From: Asterionella formosa
Taxonomy: Eukaryota
NCBI GenBank assembly: GCA_002256025.1
Contig: NKIB01002172.1
Span: 124,001-173,875 of the forward strand
DNA length: 49,875 nt
Reading direction: 5' to 3'
The notes under the pieces were generated by a model. The model saw only the letters and a list, made by a program, of their open reading frames with translations. It had not been told where the DNA came from and made no database searches. The number at the start of each line of letters is the position of its first letter. The stretch's first letter is position 1. Shown piece after piece: positions 35,278 to 46,126 of the stretch. A program made the position numbers and the translations under genes.

Positions 35278-35796
35278 ATGGCATTCATCATCCAGTCACC
35301 CTGTCGGGCCCTTTTCCTCGCGCTCACACTCGTCAGCTTAACTTGCTCTTCTGCGTTTGCACCAAAGGCTCCATCCTTTGTAGGACGTCCATTCTTTGCC
35401 GAAGAAAAAGATGTCGTTGAGGACCGTCGTAACCCCGATCGTCCAGAATTGCCGGAACTCAAGGGAGACTTTGACTGGGATGAAAAGTTCGGAGCAGATG
35501 ACGACTGGATCACCGAAAACGTACCGGGTAAGATTGTTCTCAATGAATTGCAACTAGCTGCTCAAGTTGCAGCTCTCAACAAGCTGGAAGAAAAGTGGCG
35601 CAAAAAGCGGGCCAACGAAGAGTATGACGATGCTCGTTTGTTGGGATGGACGAAACAAGCCGAAACGTACAATGGACGGTTCGCCATGTTTTTCTTGGTG
35701 GTTGGGTTGTTGACGGAACTTTGGACAGGTATTTCGTTGCCAGGACAAGTCGAAGAGATGCTTCGAGTTGGAGGAGTGATCGGATTTGATGGATAA
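35278..35796 (+). CDS. One-helix LHC-like protein (OHP2-like / HLIP family), plastid-targeted
   Basis: Signal + SSAFAP; single LHC helix GWTKQAETYNGRFAMFFLVVGLLTELWTG followed by GQV...GVI. Confidence 0.9.
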   Translation: MAFIIQSPCRALFLALTLVSLTCSSAFAPKAPSFVGRPFFAEEKDVVEDRRNPDRPELPELKGDFDWDEKFGADDDWITENVPGKIVLNELQLAAQVAALNKLEEKWRKKRANEEYDDARLLGWTKQAETYNGRFAMFFLVVGLLTELWTGISLPGQVEEMLRVGGVIGFDG

Positions 35797-37966
35797 GGAA
35801 CTCGTTTGGTTGGTGGCTACAAGATTTATCAAGAGCGGAACAGGTATTAGAACGAATTTTAGAGCATATAAATCGGGTGGAAAGATGTTGCTTTCTCTAT
35901 GACTCATGAACAACTAGCTACAAAATACCATTGAACCGTAATATTACATGGATTCACATTCACAAAGCGATGACTTTATAACCCAAAATATGGTAGAGAA
36001 CAACATCACTCTACAGTTATCGCAAGTACAAATTTATGACTTTAAATTAGGATTAATTTGAATTCAATTTAATCTATCATGACACTATCGGTATCATGAT
36101 TTCAATGTAACCTCACACATTATTTAAATACTAAATCCTCTAGTTAGGAATGTAAAGGTCAATTAATTTTAGTAACAGTAAAATATTTCATTTCACTTAT
36201 TGTCTTCCTCATCCTTTCATAATTCTAGGAAGAAGCACAGCAACAACAAACCTTCATTTGATCGAGTTTCACACTATTAGGACATCCTTTGCATTCTCTA
36301 GAATGTCTTTTACCCTCAGGATGATATCTTCAAATATCTGTGGACTGCATCATTGCACTAGAATTATCGTCAAATTTGGTTCAGAGAACAACCTAACAAT
36401 AACAAGCAAATTTTTTCTGTATTACCATATCCCCTCTCATCTGTGGTCAAGACTGAAATTGCTGTCTCCAGATAGACAATGATAAGAGACTAAGACGACA
36501 AGATTTTATTACAGCATCACCAACCAAGAGGGTTAACCCAGGGTCAACAGAGAAAACCCAATCCCAGTGGTAGTGTTCTGGACTTGTATTATATTGGTTT
36601 TATCATGGACTGTTATTTTGCTGGTATCCTCTCCATCTTCACGTGGAACAATGTCGAAAACATTCATACGATTGCCAAATTGTAGTGTCTGAACTTGTGC
36701 GGCTTTGGTCCTTTTCTTTAAAGGTGAAGAAAAATCATTGTCAGATGGTGGAGATATGTCCATCATCTGCCTTCTTCCTGACCTATGTGTGGAACAGCTG
36801 CTGCCTTGTGGAACAACTCAGCTGTCTTACATTCATTGCAATGTTTGTAATGAAGGTTAAAAAATGGAAACTTCCTACTTAGCAAGCAGAAATCTTCATC
36901 GATGCTTCATGATAAAAACGATTAAACAATGATATTGGATTTGTATTATAGAAAAGACCGATTTTTTGACTGGTTGTTTGCAAAAAAAGAGAATATTTCA
37001 TTGAGTTGGATCATCCTCACCTTCTCTACTTGTTTTCTTCTTTTGACATATTGTGGTAGATAAAATTGTGCCTGTATACTCGATTGAGCTGTTCCAAGAA
37101 GGAGAAGTCCATGTGGAAGACCTCCTTTTCAACTCACAACAATGACATGCCGTGAACGAATACATTCTGAAGCTGTATATATATCATTGATTTTTACCAT
37201 CCTCAGGTCCTCATCATTTTATTCTTTTTTCATATTGAACTTGATAAAGTTATAATTTTTTACTTACCATCATAGCTGCTCTAAAAAGAGAAAATTATTG
37301 TAGCAGATCTCATTGAAAGACAACAAATATGATAACAGAAAGGGATAAATCATCTTGTTTTGTTACTAGCTATGATGGAAGTTTTACCAAGTCACTGCCA
37401 AGAAGGGGTCGTGGGCAATTTCCTGAAAAGATTCTCCGCTTGTCAGGGTGAATTCTATGGCAAAAGGGACAACCAGGTACTACAATGATCGTAAGACTAG
37501 TTCGCCTTCATGATGATCCATGATCAGTAGCACCTGAATTGCAGCACTGGGATAGACTAAATAAGGCAGAGTGAGCAGACCCATTTTTCAAATGATGAAA
37601 CAAGCACATTGATGTATGATATACACATTTCTCCTAAACTAAATGCCATATCGGATTTTAAGAACTCTTGTATGTTTCTGGGAAGTTGTGGTAAAAGATG
37701 ATACTTACAATGACTGAAACAAAACTAGTACATTTTTCGCCTACTGTAACTTGCTTAGTACTAAGGCAATCACTAGACCTACTACTTTCAGCATGCATAT
37801 TATGTAAGAAGTGCTACTCCCTCACATATCACGCAAATGATTCAAATTTGTTTACTAAAATGGTTCCCAACATTTAGCATCATGTTAAAATCAAGTTATA
37901 TAGTAACAAAAAAATATTGTTTTTTGAAGATCTTGCTATTGTTGGTATAGTATTCCCTGAGGGTTA

Positions 37967-38222
37967 GGGAATGGCTTACCGGTAGCGGTTAAGAATGTAG
38001 TCGTTATAAATGAAGTGGTTGGTTTTATTGCTGCTCCTTTTTTGAGAAGCAACTATTGTAGGGGCTCAATTCCCACATTCCTTACCATGCTAACTTCCTA
38101 AATGGTCGGAGTTCCCCTCCTCTAACACTTTGGCTAAGATGACCAGCTTTCATAAAATTGGGTTGGGGAATCACCAACAGGTACATTAATGAAACTAGGA
38201 AAGCAAAAGTCTTGCCAACAGG
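37967..38222 (+). mobile_element. tRNA-derived SINE-like element, family A copy 3 (old, degraded)
   Basis: GGGAATGGCTTA head, TTTTTTGAGAAGCAA, TCCCACA.TCCTTACCAT, GGTCGGAGTT, GGCTAAGA, GGTTGGGGA.TCACC and AAACTAGG.AAGCA are collinear with copies 1 and 2. No TSD found; 3' end uncertain. Confidence 0.75.
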
Positions 38223-38544
38223 CCATGCTCTGAAAAGCCATGTGCAACTAGGTAGAAGGTATTAGAAATTACATTATAAGCAATTTGAATTTACTGTCCA
38301 TCATGGATCATGAGAGCACACATTTCATTATCGAGTACATATCCGTTCAAGGAGTGACAAACTCAATGCCTAAAAGGATTCCTACCGGTAGATAGTAGAA
38401 AAAAATGTGACTATTCTGATAGTACAGGTCTGAGGTACAATAATGCTTGTTTGGCACAACAAGGAAGTTGCAACCCTCAAATAACTTGCCTCTCGACTGT
38501 TGAAAATGTTTCACATAGAGTGTATATTATTTCAATTAGCTAGC

Positions 38545-39465
38545 CTACAATGCCTGATTGGCTCGCTGGCACGCATTGACCGTATTTCTAAGCAGCATTG
38601 CAATTGTCATGGGTCCCACACCCCCAGGGACAGGAGTAATTTGAGCAGCTACTTGTTTAACTCCATCATAATCCACATCACCCACCAATCGGTATCCTCC
38701 TTTAGCGTGTTCATCATCCAATGAATTGATACCAACATCAATGATGACAGCACCAGGTTTGATCCACTCTCTCTTGACCATGAATGGTTTCCCCACTGCC
38801 GCCACGACAATATCAGCTTCACGTACCACTTGCTCAGTGTTTGTTGTTTTCGAATGCGCAATGGTGACAGTAGCATCTCGGTGCATTAGGAGCAAGGCTA
38901 CAGGCATACCCACCAGGTTGGATCGGCCAAGGACTACTGCCCGCTTGCCATGTATTTGAACTCCTGATCGATCCAAGAGTTCAATGCACCCTTGCGGTGT
39001 GCACGGCAGTGGAAAGGGTATGGAATTCAAGTCCGTCCAGTCCAGTTTCGTATTTCCGATATGAGTGGACGTCGATGATAGGTTTGCGACATTTACGGGG
39101 TGGAGTCCATCCACGTCCTTTTCTGGTCGAATGACATCCAGGACCTTGTGCTCGTCCATGTGCGCCGGGAGCGGCAATTGGACTAAAATGCCGTGTACCG
39201 TCGGCATAGCGTTGAGTTCTCTGATTTTGGCAATCACGTCAGCTTCTTCCGCTGTGTCATGAAAGTCGTATCCAAAGCTCGCAATGCCACATTCCGCACA
39301 TGCCTTCTTCTTCATCTTGACGTATGTTTGAGAATCCCGGCGAGCGCCTACCAAAATGACGGCCAGGCCAGGTTGGGCGGTCATGGTCTCCACGACTGTC
39401 TTGAGCTCTTTGCGAATCGTTGCGGCGATGGCCTTGCCGTCAATGTCTTTCGCTGTGGCAGACAT
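38545..39465 (-). CDS. folD: Bifunctional methylenetetrahydrofolate dehydrogenase/cyclohydrolase
   Basis: IDGKAIA, PGLAVILVG..DSQTYV.MK, HGILVQLPLP, EKDVDGLHP, PCTPQGC, GRSNLVGMP, ITPVPGGVGPMTIAMLL. First ATG at 39465; the frame is open upstream to about 39720. Confidence 0.97.
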   Translation of the reverse strand: MSATAKDIDGKAIAATIRKELKTVVETMTAQPGLAVILVGARRDSQTYVKMKKKACAECGIASFGYDFHDTAEEADVIAKIRELNAMPTVHGILVQLPLPAHMDEHKVLDVIRPEKDVDGLHPVNVANLSSTSTHIGNTKLDWTDLNSIPFPLPCTPQGCIELLDRSGVQIHGKRAVVLGRSNLVGMPVALLLMHRDATVTIAHSKTTNTEQVVREADIVVAAVGKPFMVKREWIKPGAVIIDVGINSLDDEHAKGGYRLVGDVDYDGVKQVAAQITPVPGGVGPMTIAMLLRNTVNACQRANQAL

Positions 39466-40189
39466 TTGATGGCGCTGTTGGGAATGCGTGGTGGTGGTCC
39501 GTGTCAAGAGTGAACAGCAAAATGCAGCGGATGCAGGCCGGAAGTAAAGCGGAGAAGGCAATAATAAGAGAATAGCGGCGATGACAATATTGCGTGGTGA
39601 GGAAATGATGGCGAATTTGATGAACCAAGATCTGGATCGTTTAGCAGCGAAAGGACTGTTCCTGGAAGATAACTGGTGATGCAATGACGATGTGTTTTGT
39701 AATGATGTGGTGCTGTAGGCTCAGGTACGAAGTGTTGGCCTGGCACATCACCTCGTCTTCACTCATCTTGAGGAGGAGGCTAAATCTGTTCGTCAAAATG
39801 ATATATACCAGTATAAAGACATATATGAATATATATTATACATCATCATGTGGAATTATTGCTGAAGTACGGGTACCTGGTATCATACCGGTAGTTAGAG
39901 AGTTGCTTACGGTAAGAAATTGGTGCGTGTGCGTTTGTTTGTTGTGTGGAAGAAGCAATGCCATATGCACCGGCATCATCAGACAGAGACAAAATAGACG
40001 AATGAACGCCACCAGTCAGTACTGGTACGTGTGAAGTAATATTAGAAAAATTAGTCTAAAAATATAATAGGTACAGTATGATCATTATGTACCGGTAAAA
40101 GAAAACACAATACAGACAGTTGTTGACAAATCACGAGGAAAAATCTACGTGTCACTGGAAACAGAGAAAAACGATTACCATTCCTTGAA

Positions 40190-41950
40190 TACTCCCCCTT
40201 CACCAGTAAGTTGCTAACCAAGGTATGATCAAAGAAAGAGAGTTGTTCACAAGTGTCACAAGATTACCCAGGTTTGCTATAGTACCAATCTTAAAGTGGG
40301 AGGACAAAGGTTCCCATTACATACTACTAGGTGTTAAGAGTTCTAGGAGTCACTTGCTTCTAGTCGCTCTGGTAGTAGTATTCCTTGTCTTTCCAGTGCT
40401 GCTTTCCCCATATGCGGAATGTCATAGTCGTTGTCGCTCTGCCTGTTAATCGCCTCCTCAAGAATTCCCTGTAAAGTAAGAAATGAACAATTCAAACTCG
40501 TCGGTTCAAACAATTCATACACCGCCATAGCTGCCTCCGCCAGCTCAGCCATATCATGATTAGCCTTCTCAACTGAATCCCACTGTCCACTTTGAAGCAC
40601 CAGAAAGAAGCTAAGATCATTTATGTTCATGTCAGGTGAGTTTGCTGGTTGCGCTGTCAACTTGATACCCCATTCATCCACAGTTAACTACTGCACTTAA
40701 AAAGGTAACAAATTTAGTACTTTGCTCCAAAATGAGTGCTTACATTGTCATGATGTATGTATACTGTCTTCTTGCCATCCCCGCCATTGACTACTGGCTA
40801 TTTCTCCCAAATCTCCGATATCACATTATTAATCACCATATCTGCATATTAGCTCTGTTTCGTTACGGCAACATTTGTTGTTATTATTGTTCCAGCTTGT
40901 CTGTGTATCTAATTCCTAAGCGCCGGAGTTTTCTGAATGAAGGTCCATTTACCTATCTTTCCATCAAACATACACACTCATACCTTGGATGAGCAATAAC
41001 TGAAAGAAACACTACCTTCTCTAAATGATCCTTGTGTTTGGTCCTGGGAACGGGGCCCCTCTCTCCCTCAGTCAAGTAGAATAGCTGTTTAAACCCCTGA
41101 TCATAAAACCATTTTTCATTGACATGAACTTGATCGCAAAAACCGTCGTAGAACCCAAAATAATTACTACCTGGGTCGAAAGCCACTTCGAGTGATGGGT
41201 GAAGTTGTTCAGGGTGATTCAACTGTAGTAGATGGTTAACGCAATTAAAAACCGACTAGTTCTACATTCTTCTGTTAACTTTGTATGGACAGCATTCATA
41301 TGTGCTCTAATGATGTCCGGGGTCATTGGCGATGTAGTATACTGTTGATTTTGGAACAAGGTTGAGTGCTGATGCAAGCTTGCAATATGTGGCACATTTG
41401 TGAAATAATGGCATTTTCATTATAGCAGATGATATAATGCATCTCATAATGATTACATTTCTGCGGCTGGCCAGCCATGTTTTATTTTGTGGGAAAGGAA
41501 GAAAGCAAAATTGTCACTATCACCTAAATAGTAATGGTATGTGCTCGATTCCATATACGTTGTACATTACTCCTATTCACATCTAACCTATGTGACAAGA
41601 ACACAACGGTTCCAGAAATAATTGAGAATCATTTGACGCTCGTCTAACTGTAAAATCCCTTCTCATATGCTTGTCAAGATTGAGTTGTGGCAAAAAATGG
41701 GGGGTCAGGCATCTGCATTTTGCTCGAGATGGGCAAAAGTGAAAATCGAAAAAGCCGAAAAAGGTTTTTTGAAAACATAGCTGCCAATTATAAATTTACT
41801 ATATTTATATTATGCATAGATCTGTATCTTTTAGGATGTCACACATTACTATGGCAAGCAATTGAAATTGAGAACATCGTATGAGTCAAAATGGCCCCAG
41901 ATAAATGTTAACATTTGACACATTTTGTTTTTGACCAGAGGGAGCGAGTA
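40190..41950 (-). mobile_element. Decayed mariner-like element of the plant/oomycete DD39D type
   Basis: Fragments VHVNEKWFY...KHKDHLEKVVFLSVIAHPRY (41222-40953) and QPANSPDMNINDLSFF...NDYDIPHMGKAALER (40681-40343). CTCCCTC-type terminus (GAGGGAG) near 41938-41944. Boundaries approximate. Confidence 0.75.
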
Positions 41951-41961
41951 CTAGGTACTTT

Positions 41962-42054
41962 GCAAGTTATGTTCATTTTGCTTAAATAGACAATTTAATT
42001 GGGGATTAAAGAAAGCTAAATCTTTAATTCAGCAAAATTACCGCAGATTGCTGG
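41962..42054 (+). mobile_element. ~90-bp mini-MITE
   Basis: Aligns to 33884-33972; ends CCGCAGATTGCTGG followed by TA. Confidence 0.75.
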
Positions 42055-42367
42055 TAACCATCAGCAACAGAGGCAGAGCAAGTTCCGGTAAATGAGCAAT
42101 TTAGCCATGATTTCATTATACTAAGAACATTCTTTTACCGCAACTCCATACTCTAGATTCTACTCGAGTACATAATATAAAGTATGAGTAAACGGCATAT
42201 GATAGTTATATATTATTTTGTGAGATCCCGTAAATCGTACTCCTACATGTATGTGTATCATTGTTCGGGATTGTTTTTTCATCGACCTCAAGTAATCAGG
42301 ACACCTTCAAATCCGGTTGTACCCCTTCTTCAACCATTGCTACCAGTACCAGAGCCACATACATAGC

Positions 42368-45300
42368 ATGCCTCAACTCAACATGATCCCGACAATGTTG
42401 CGCAAAGGAAAACGCTATAGATCGCAGCGGGCTGTGCGCCAAATGCAGGTTCCATCACACATTCCTACTCAGTGGACCCTGGCAAAAATCGGCCTGTTAT
42501 GTTTAGGAATAGCAGTTCTTGCCATTCTCATGCTGTCTCCAGTCATTTTGATGGAGATTCCTAAGGAAAATCAGGGACCTACACATGTTGGATTGGGGAG
42601 TTTGATGCAAACCTCTAAGTCCCTGCAACAGAATTGGAGGGAATTCATTGAAAAGGAGAAAGGCTACATCAAGGCTGAGCTGGAAAAGGACTTGCCCATG
42701 ATTTTCCATCATCACGAACAGCTTGCTCCGAAAGAAACGCTTCCACCTTCGCAAGACGACAACCTTGGTAGAGGAGTTGCCGGTTTGCCATTGGATCAGA
42801 CACCAGCCTTGCTAGGGGCGTCCCGGGGCAACCTTACCTGTGACGCCGACGTGGACATGGAAAGGCTGGTGTATTGGAATCAGCCACAAGGTTTGAGAGA
42901 TCGTGAGTTTCAAACAACATTTAGGGCTTCAGAAGAAAAGTTTTTAACTTTTGAACCGGATTGTGGAGGCTGGAACAATATCAGAATGAGGTGAGTCGAC
43001 TGTCTCGAGATATTTGCCAAACAGCGTTATGGATTTACGTGATTCACTGACAAAATCACGTTTCTATGCTCGCACAGTATGGAACTCATTTTCGTGTTGG
43101 CAGCTGCCTCGGGCCGGACACTGGTTTTGCCTCCAGATGCTCCCTTTTATCTCCTTGGAGTGGGCAAAGAAGGGGCTCGCTCGTTTGGAAATTTTTTTCC
43201 ACTTTTTGAACGAGACTTTTCAAGGCATGTTAAAATAATCTCCATGAAGGAGTTTATCGAGAAGCAAGGACAGAGGTTGCTGGGTCTGGATCGAAGCGAA
43301 GTCAGTCACTTGTTGCCATTGGCTAAATTGTGTGTGCATGCCAAGGATAGTCCTCAACATTGCAATATACTTTGGGAACACTTAAGGGAATCAGGATGGC
43401 AACCTCCATTGGAGGGACTAAGTGATTGTTTGATATTTGATGAGCGGGTCTTTGGGGGTAGCACCAACGTGCCAGAAGATACGGCTGAACAGGTACAGCG
43501 TTTTTGTGGTAAGGGGCGGCATGCGCATTTTTACAACAGTACATGGAGTGAACCGACCTTGCTGCATTGGAATGCGGGAGACGCCGAAGGTTTTCGGCTC
43601 TTGAATCACTTTTATACCTTTATTCACTTTACAGATCCTCTAACAGACAACTTCTACAAACGGTTTGTTAGGGATTTTTTGCATTACAATGATGACATCT
43701 ATTGCTCCGCTGGGAAGATTTTGAAGCAATTAAGAATCGATGCCGGCGATTCTGGCTTTAGTACGCTCCACATTCGACGAGGTGATTTCCAATACAAGGA
43801 GACAAGATTGGATGCTGAACAATGGTACAATAACACGAAAGAAATTTGGAAGCCTGGTGAGCTCTTGTATATTGCTACCGACGAACGCAACAGGACTTGG
43901 TTCGATCCTATCAAAAAACATCATCCAATCAAATTTCTAAATGATTACTGGGACATTGCCAAATTGGGGGATATTGATGACACATTTTTAGGCATGATTG
44001 ATACAATTATCGCCTCACAAGGGAGGACCTTTTCAGGGACGTGGCACTCTACCTTTTCTGGCTACATCAATCGCATGAGAGGTTATCTTGGATACAGCAT
44101 GAAGAGTTCGTGGTACTCATGGTTACCTCGAAAAACAGAAGTACAAGAATGGTCGTACCCGCACGGCAACTATCCGGCCCGAGAATGGGCGACATCCTGG
44201 ATAGGAATTGACGGAGATGAATTGATTGATCACGAATTGAATCATTTTCCGCAACCCTCAGGAGAGGAGCACACCAATGATTCTCGATTAGCCGAGACGT
44301 CAGTTGCTATTAAAAATTCTGGTGATCACAAAGTAATGGAGGGAAACCAGTCCGTGAAAGAAACACCAAAGACGGAAGGAAATAACACGACAAAAGATAC
44401 ACAGGGCGACGCGAACGGTTCTAATCCACTGAAACGAAATATACCCACGCTTTTCTTCTCTGACTTGAATCAAGATACAGGCTGGACTGCAAGGAAAATG
44501 GCTCGTGGGGTTTCTGGTCGGCCATTGAACGCGACACCAGCCTTGATTGGTGGGTCTCGTGGTCACATAGAGTGTGATGTGAATGTGGACTCACTAGCCT
44601 ACTGGAACAATCCTCAAGGAAAGCGCGACGTTTCGTTCAAGTCTCCGTTTGGTATCAAAGGAGAGACCAAATACTTATCCTTCTCGCCTGATCGTGGTGG
44701 ATGGAATAATGTACGCATGTCGATGGAGATAATTTTTGTCATTGCTGCTGCTAGTGGACGTACATTGGTTCTTCCTCCTGAATTCAACCTCTATTTACTG
44801 GATAGCAAGAAGAAAGATGGTCGTCAACACCACGGCTTTGCAGACTTTTTCCCACTTTACGACAAGGAGTTTCAAAACATTGTACCTGTGATTACGATGG
44901 AGGACTTTCTTAAGCGAGAAGGTGGAAGCAACGGTCGTGTGCCCATTCCCGAGAGCGACCGAGAAGCCGTTCTCGGAGCAGCGGCTTATTGTGAGATGCG
45001 GAGAAAGGCCCCTCAGTCATGCATGAAAATCTTTGATTTTCTGAATGAAGCTGGTCATGTTCCATCCTTTCGCGCAGAAGACTGCTGTGTCATTTTTGAT
45101 GAAGATGTGTATCGTGGGAAGCAAATATCGCCTGTCAACCTCATCGCGACCGAAGAATTTTGTGGAAAAAAGAATGTGACGTTCTGGGACGATGTATTCG
45201 TTGACCCCGTTCTGATTCATATTCGGGCTGGTGAGCCACGATGGCGTCTGTTAACCCATCATTATGCCATGATATTCTTCACTGACCCGTCGATCAACAA

Positions 45301-45925
45301 TTATTTCCGTCGATTTGTTCGAGACTTTTTGCATTATCACGATGAAATTTATTGTGCCGCTGGTAAGATTATCAAGGCCCTCCAATACGAAGGTATTCAA
45401 CGTGGATTCGCTCTGGACGACAACGGCGGTGGAGGGTTTTCAGCAATGCATATTCGTCGAGGTGACTTTCAATTTAAAGTAGTCAAACTTCCAGCCGAAG
45501 AATGGTATAACAATACCCGCGAGATTTGGAAAGCTAATGAGATTCTCTACATAGCCACGGACGAACGGAACAAATCTTGGTTCAATCCTATAGCTGAACA
45601 TCAAGACATACGCTTCTTGGACGACTATTGGGACTTCGCTGGTCTCGGCAAGCTCGACCCCAATTACATGGGCATGATTGACACGATTGTCGCCAGTAGA
45701 AGCCGAGCCTTCGCAGGAACATGGTTCTCGACATTTTCTGGCTACATTAATCGGATGCGAGGGTATCATGGAATGTCAATGAAAGACTCGTGGTATTCTT
45801 TCCTCCCAAAGAAAACTGCTGTTCACAGGTGGGACAATTCGACGCGAGGTCTATATGCATTCGAATGGCCAACAGGGTGGGTTGGTATTGATGCTGATAA
45901 ACCGGCCTCCACTGATGTCTTTTAA
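42368..45925 (+). CDS. Type II membrane GDP-fucose protein O-fucosyltransferase-like protein with two tandem catalytic domains; exons 42368-42990, 43078-45925
   Basis: N-terminal TM anchor. GGWNN(I/V)RMSME, GRTLVLPP, HIRRGDFQ, LYIATDE and GTW.STFSGYINRMRGY each occur twice. One GT-AG intron restores the frame. Confidence 0.9.
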
Positions 45926-46126
45926 TACTGTAGTCTAGAAGCGATGTGCCAACGCTTTCACGCTGGAGCGACTATTTTGCTATTTCTGAACGTAACTACT
46001 AATAATTTGTTCAATTTTGATCAAGAACAATATATAAAAGGGTTTGCAAACTTGTGCCATTCCTAGCGCTTTTCGCTATTGATATATTGCTTGATTACTG
46101 AACTTTCACTATTTTTCACAGCCCTT

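Noticed and set aside
36000..37900. Possible gene or TE in the AT-rich tract (ORF 36533-36766)
   Set aside because: Only short ORFs without recognisable motifs; probably decayed repeat DNA but not assignable.
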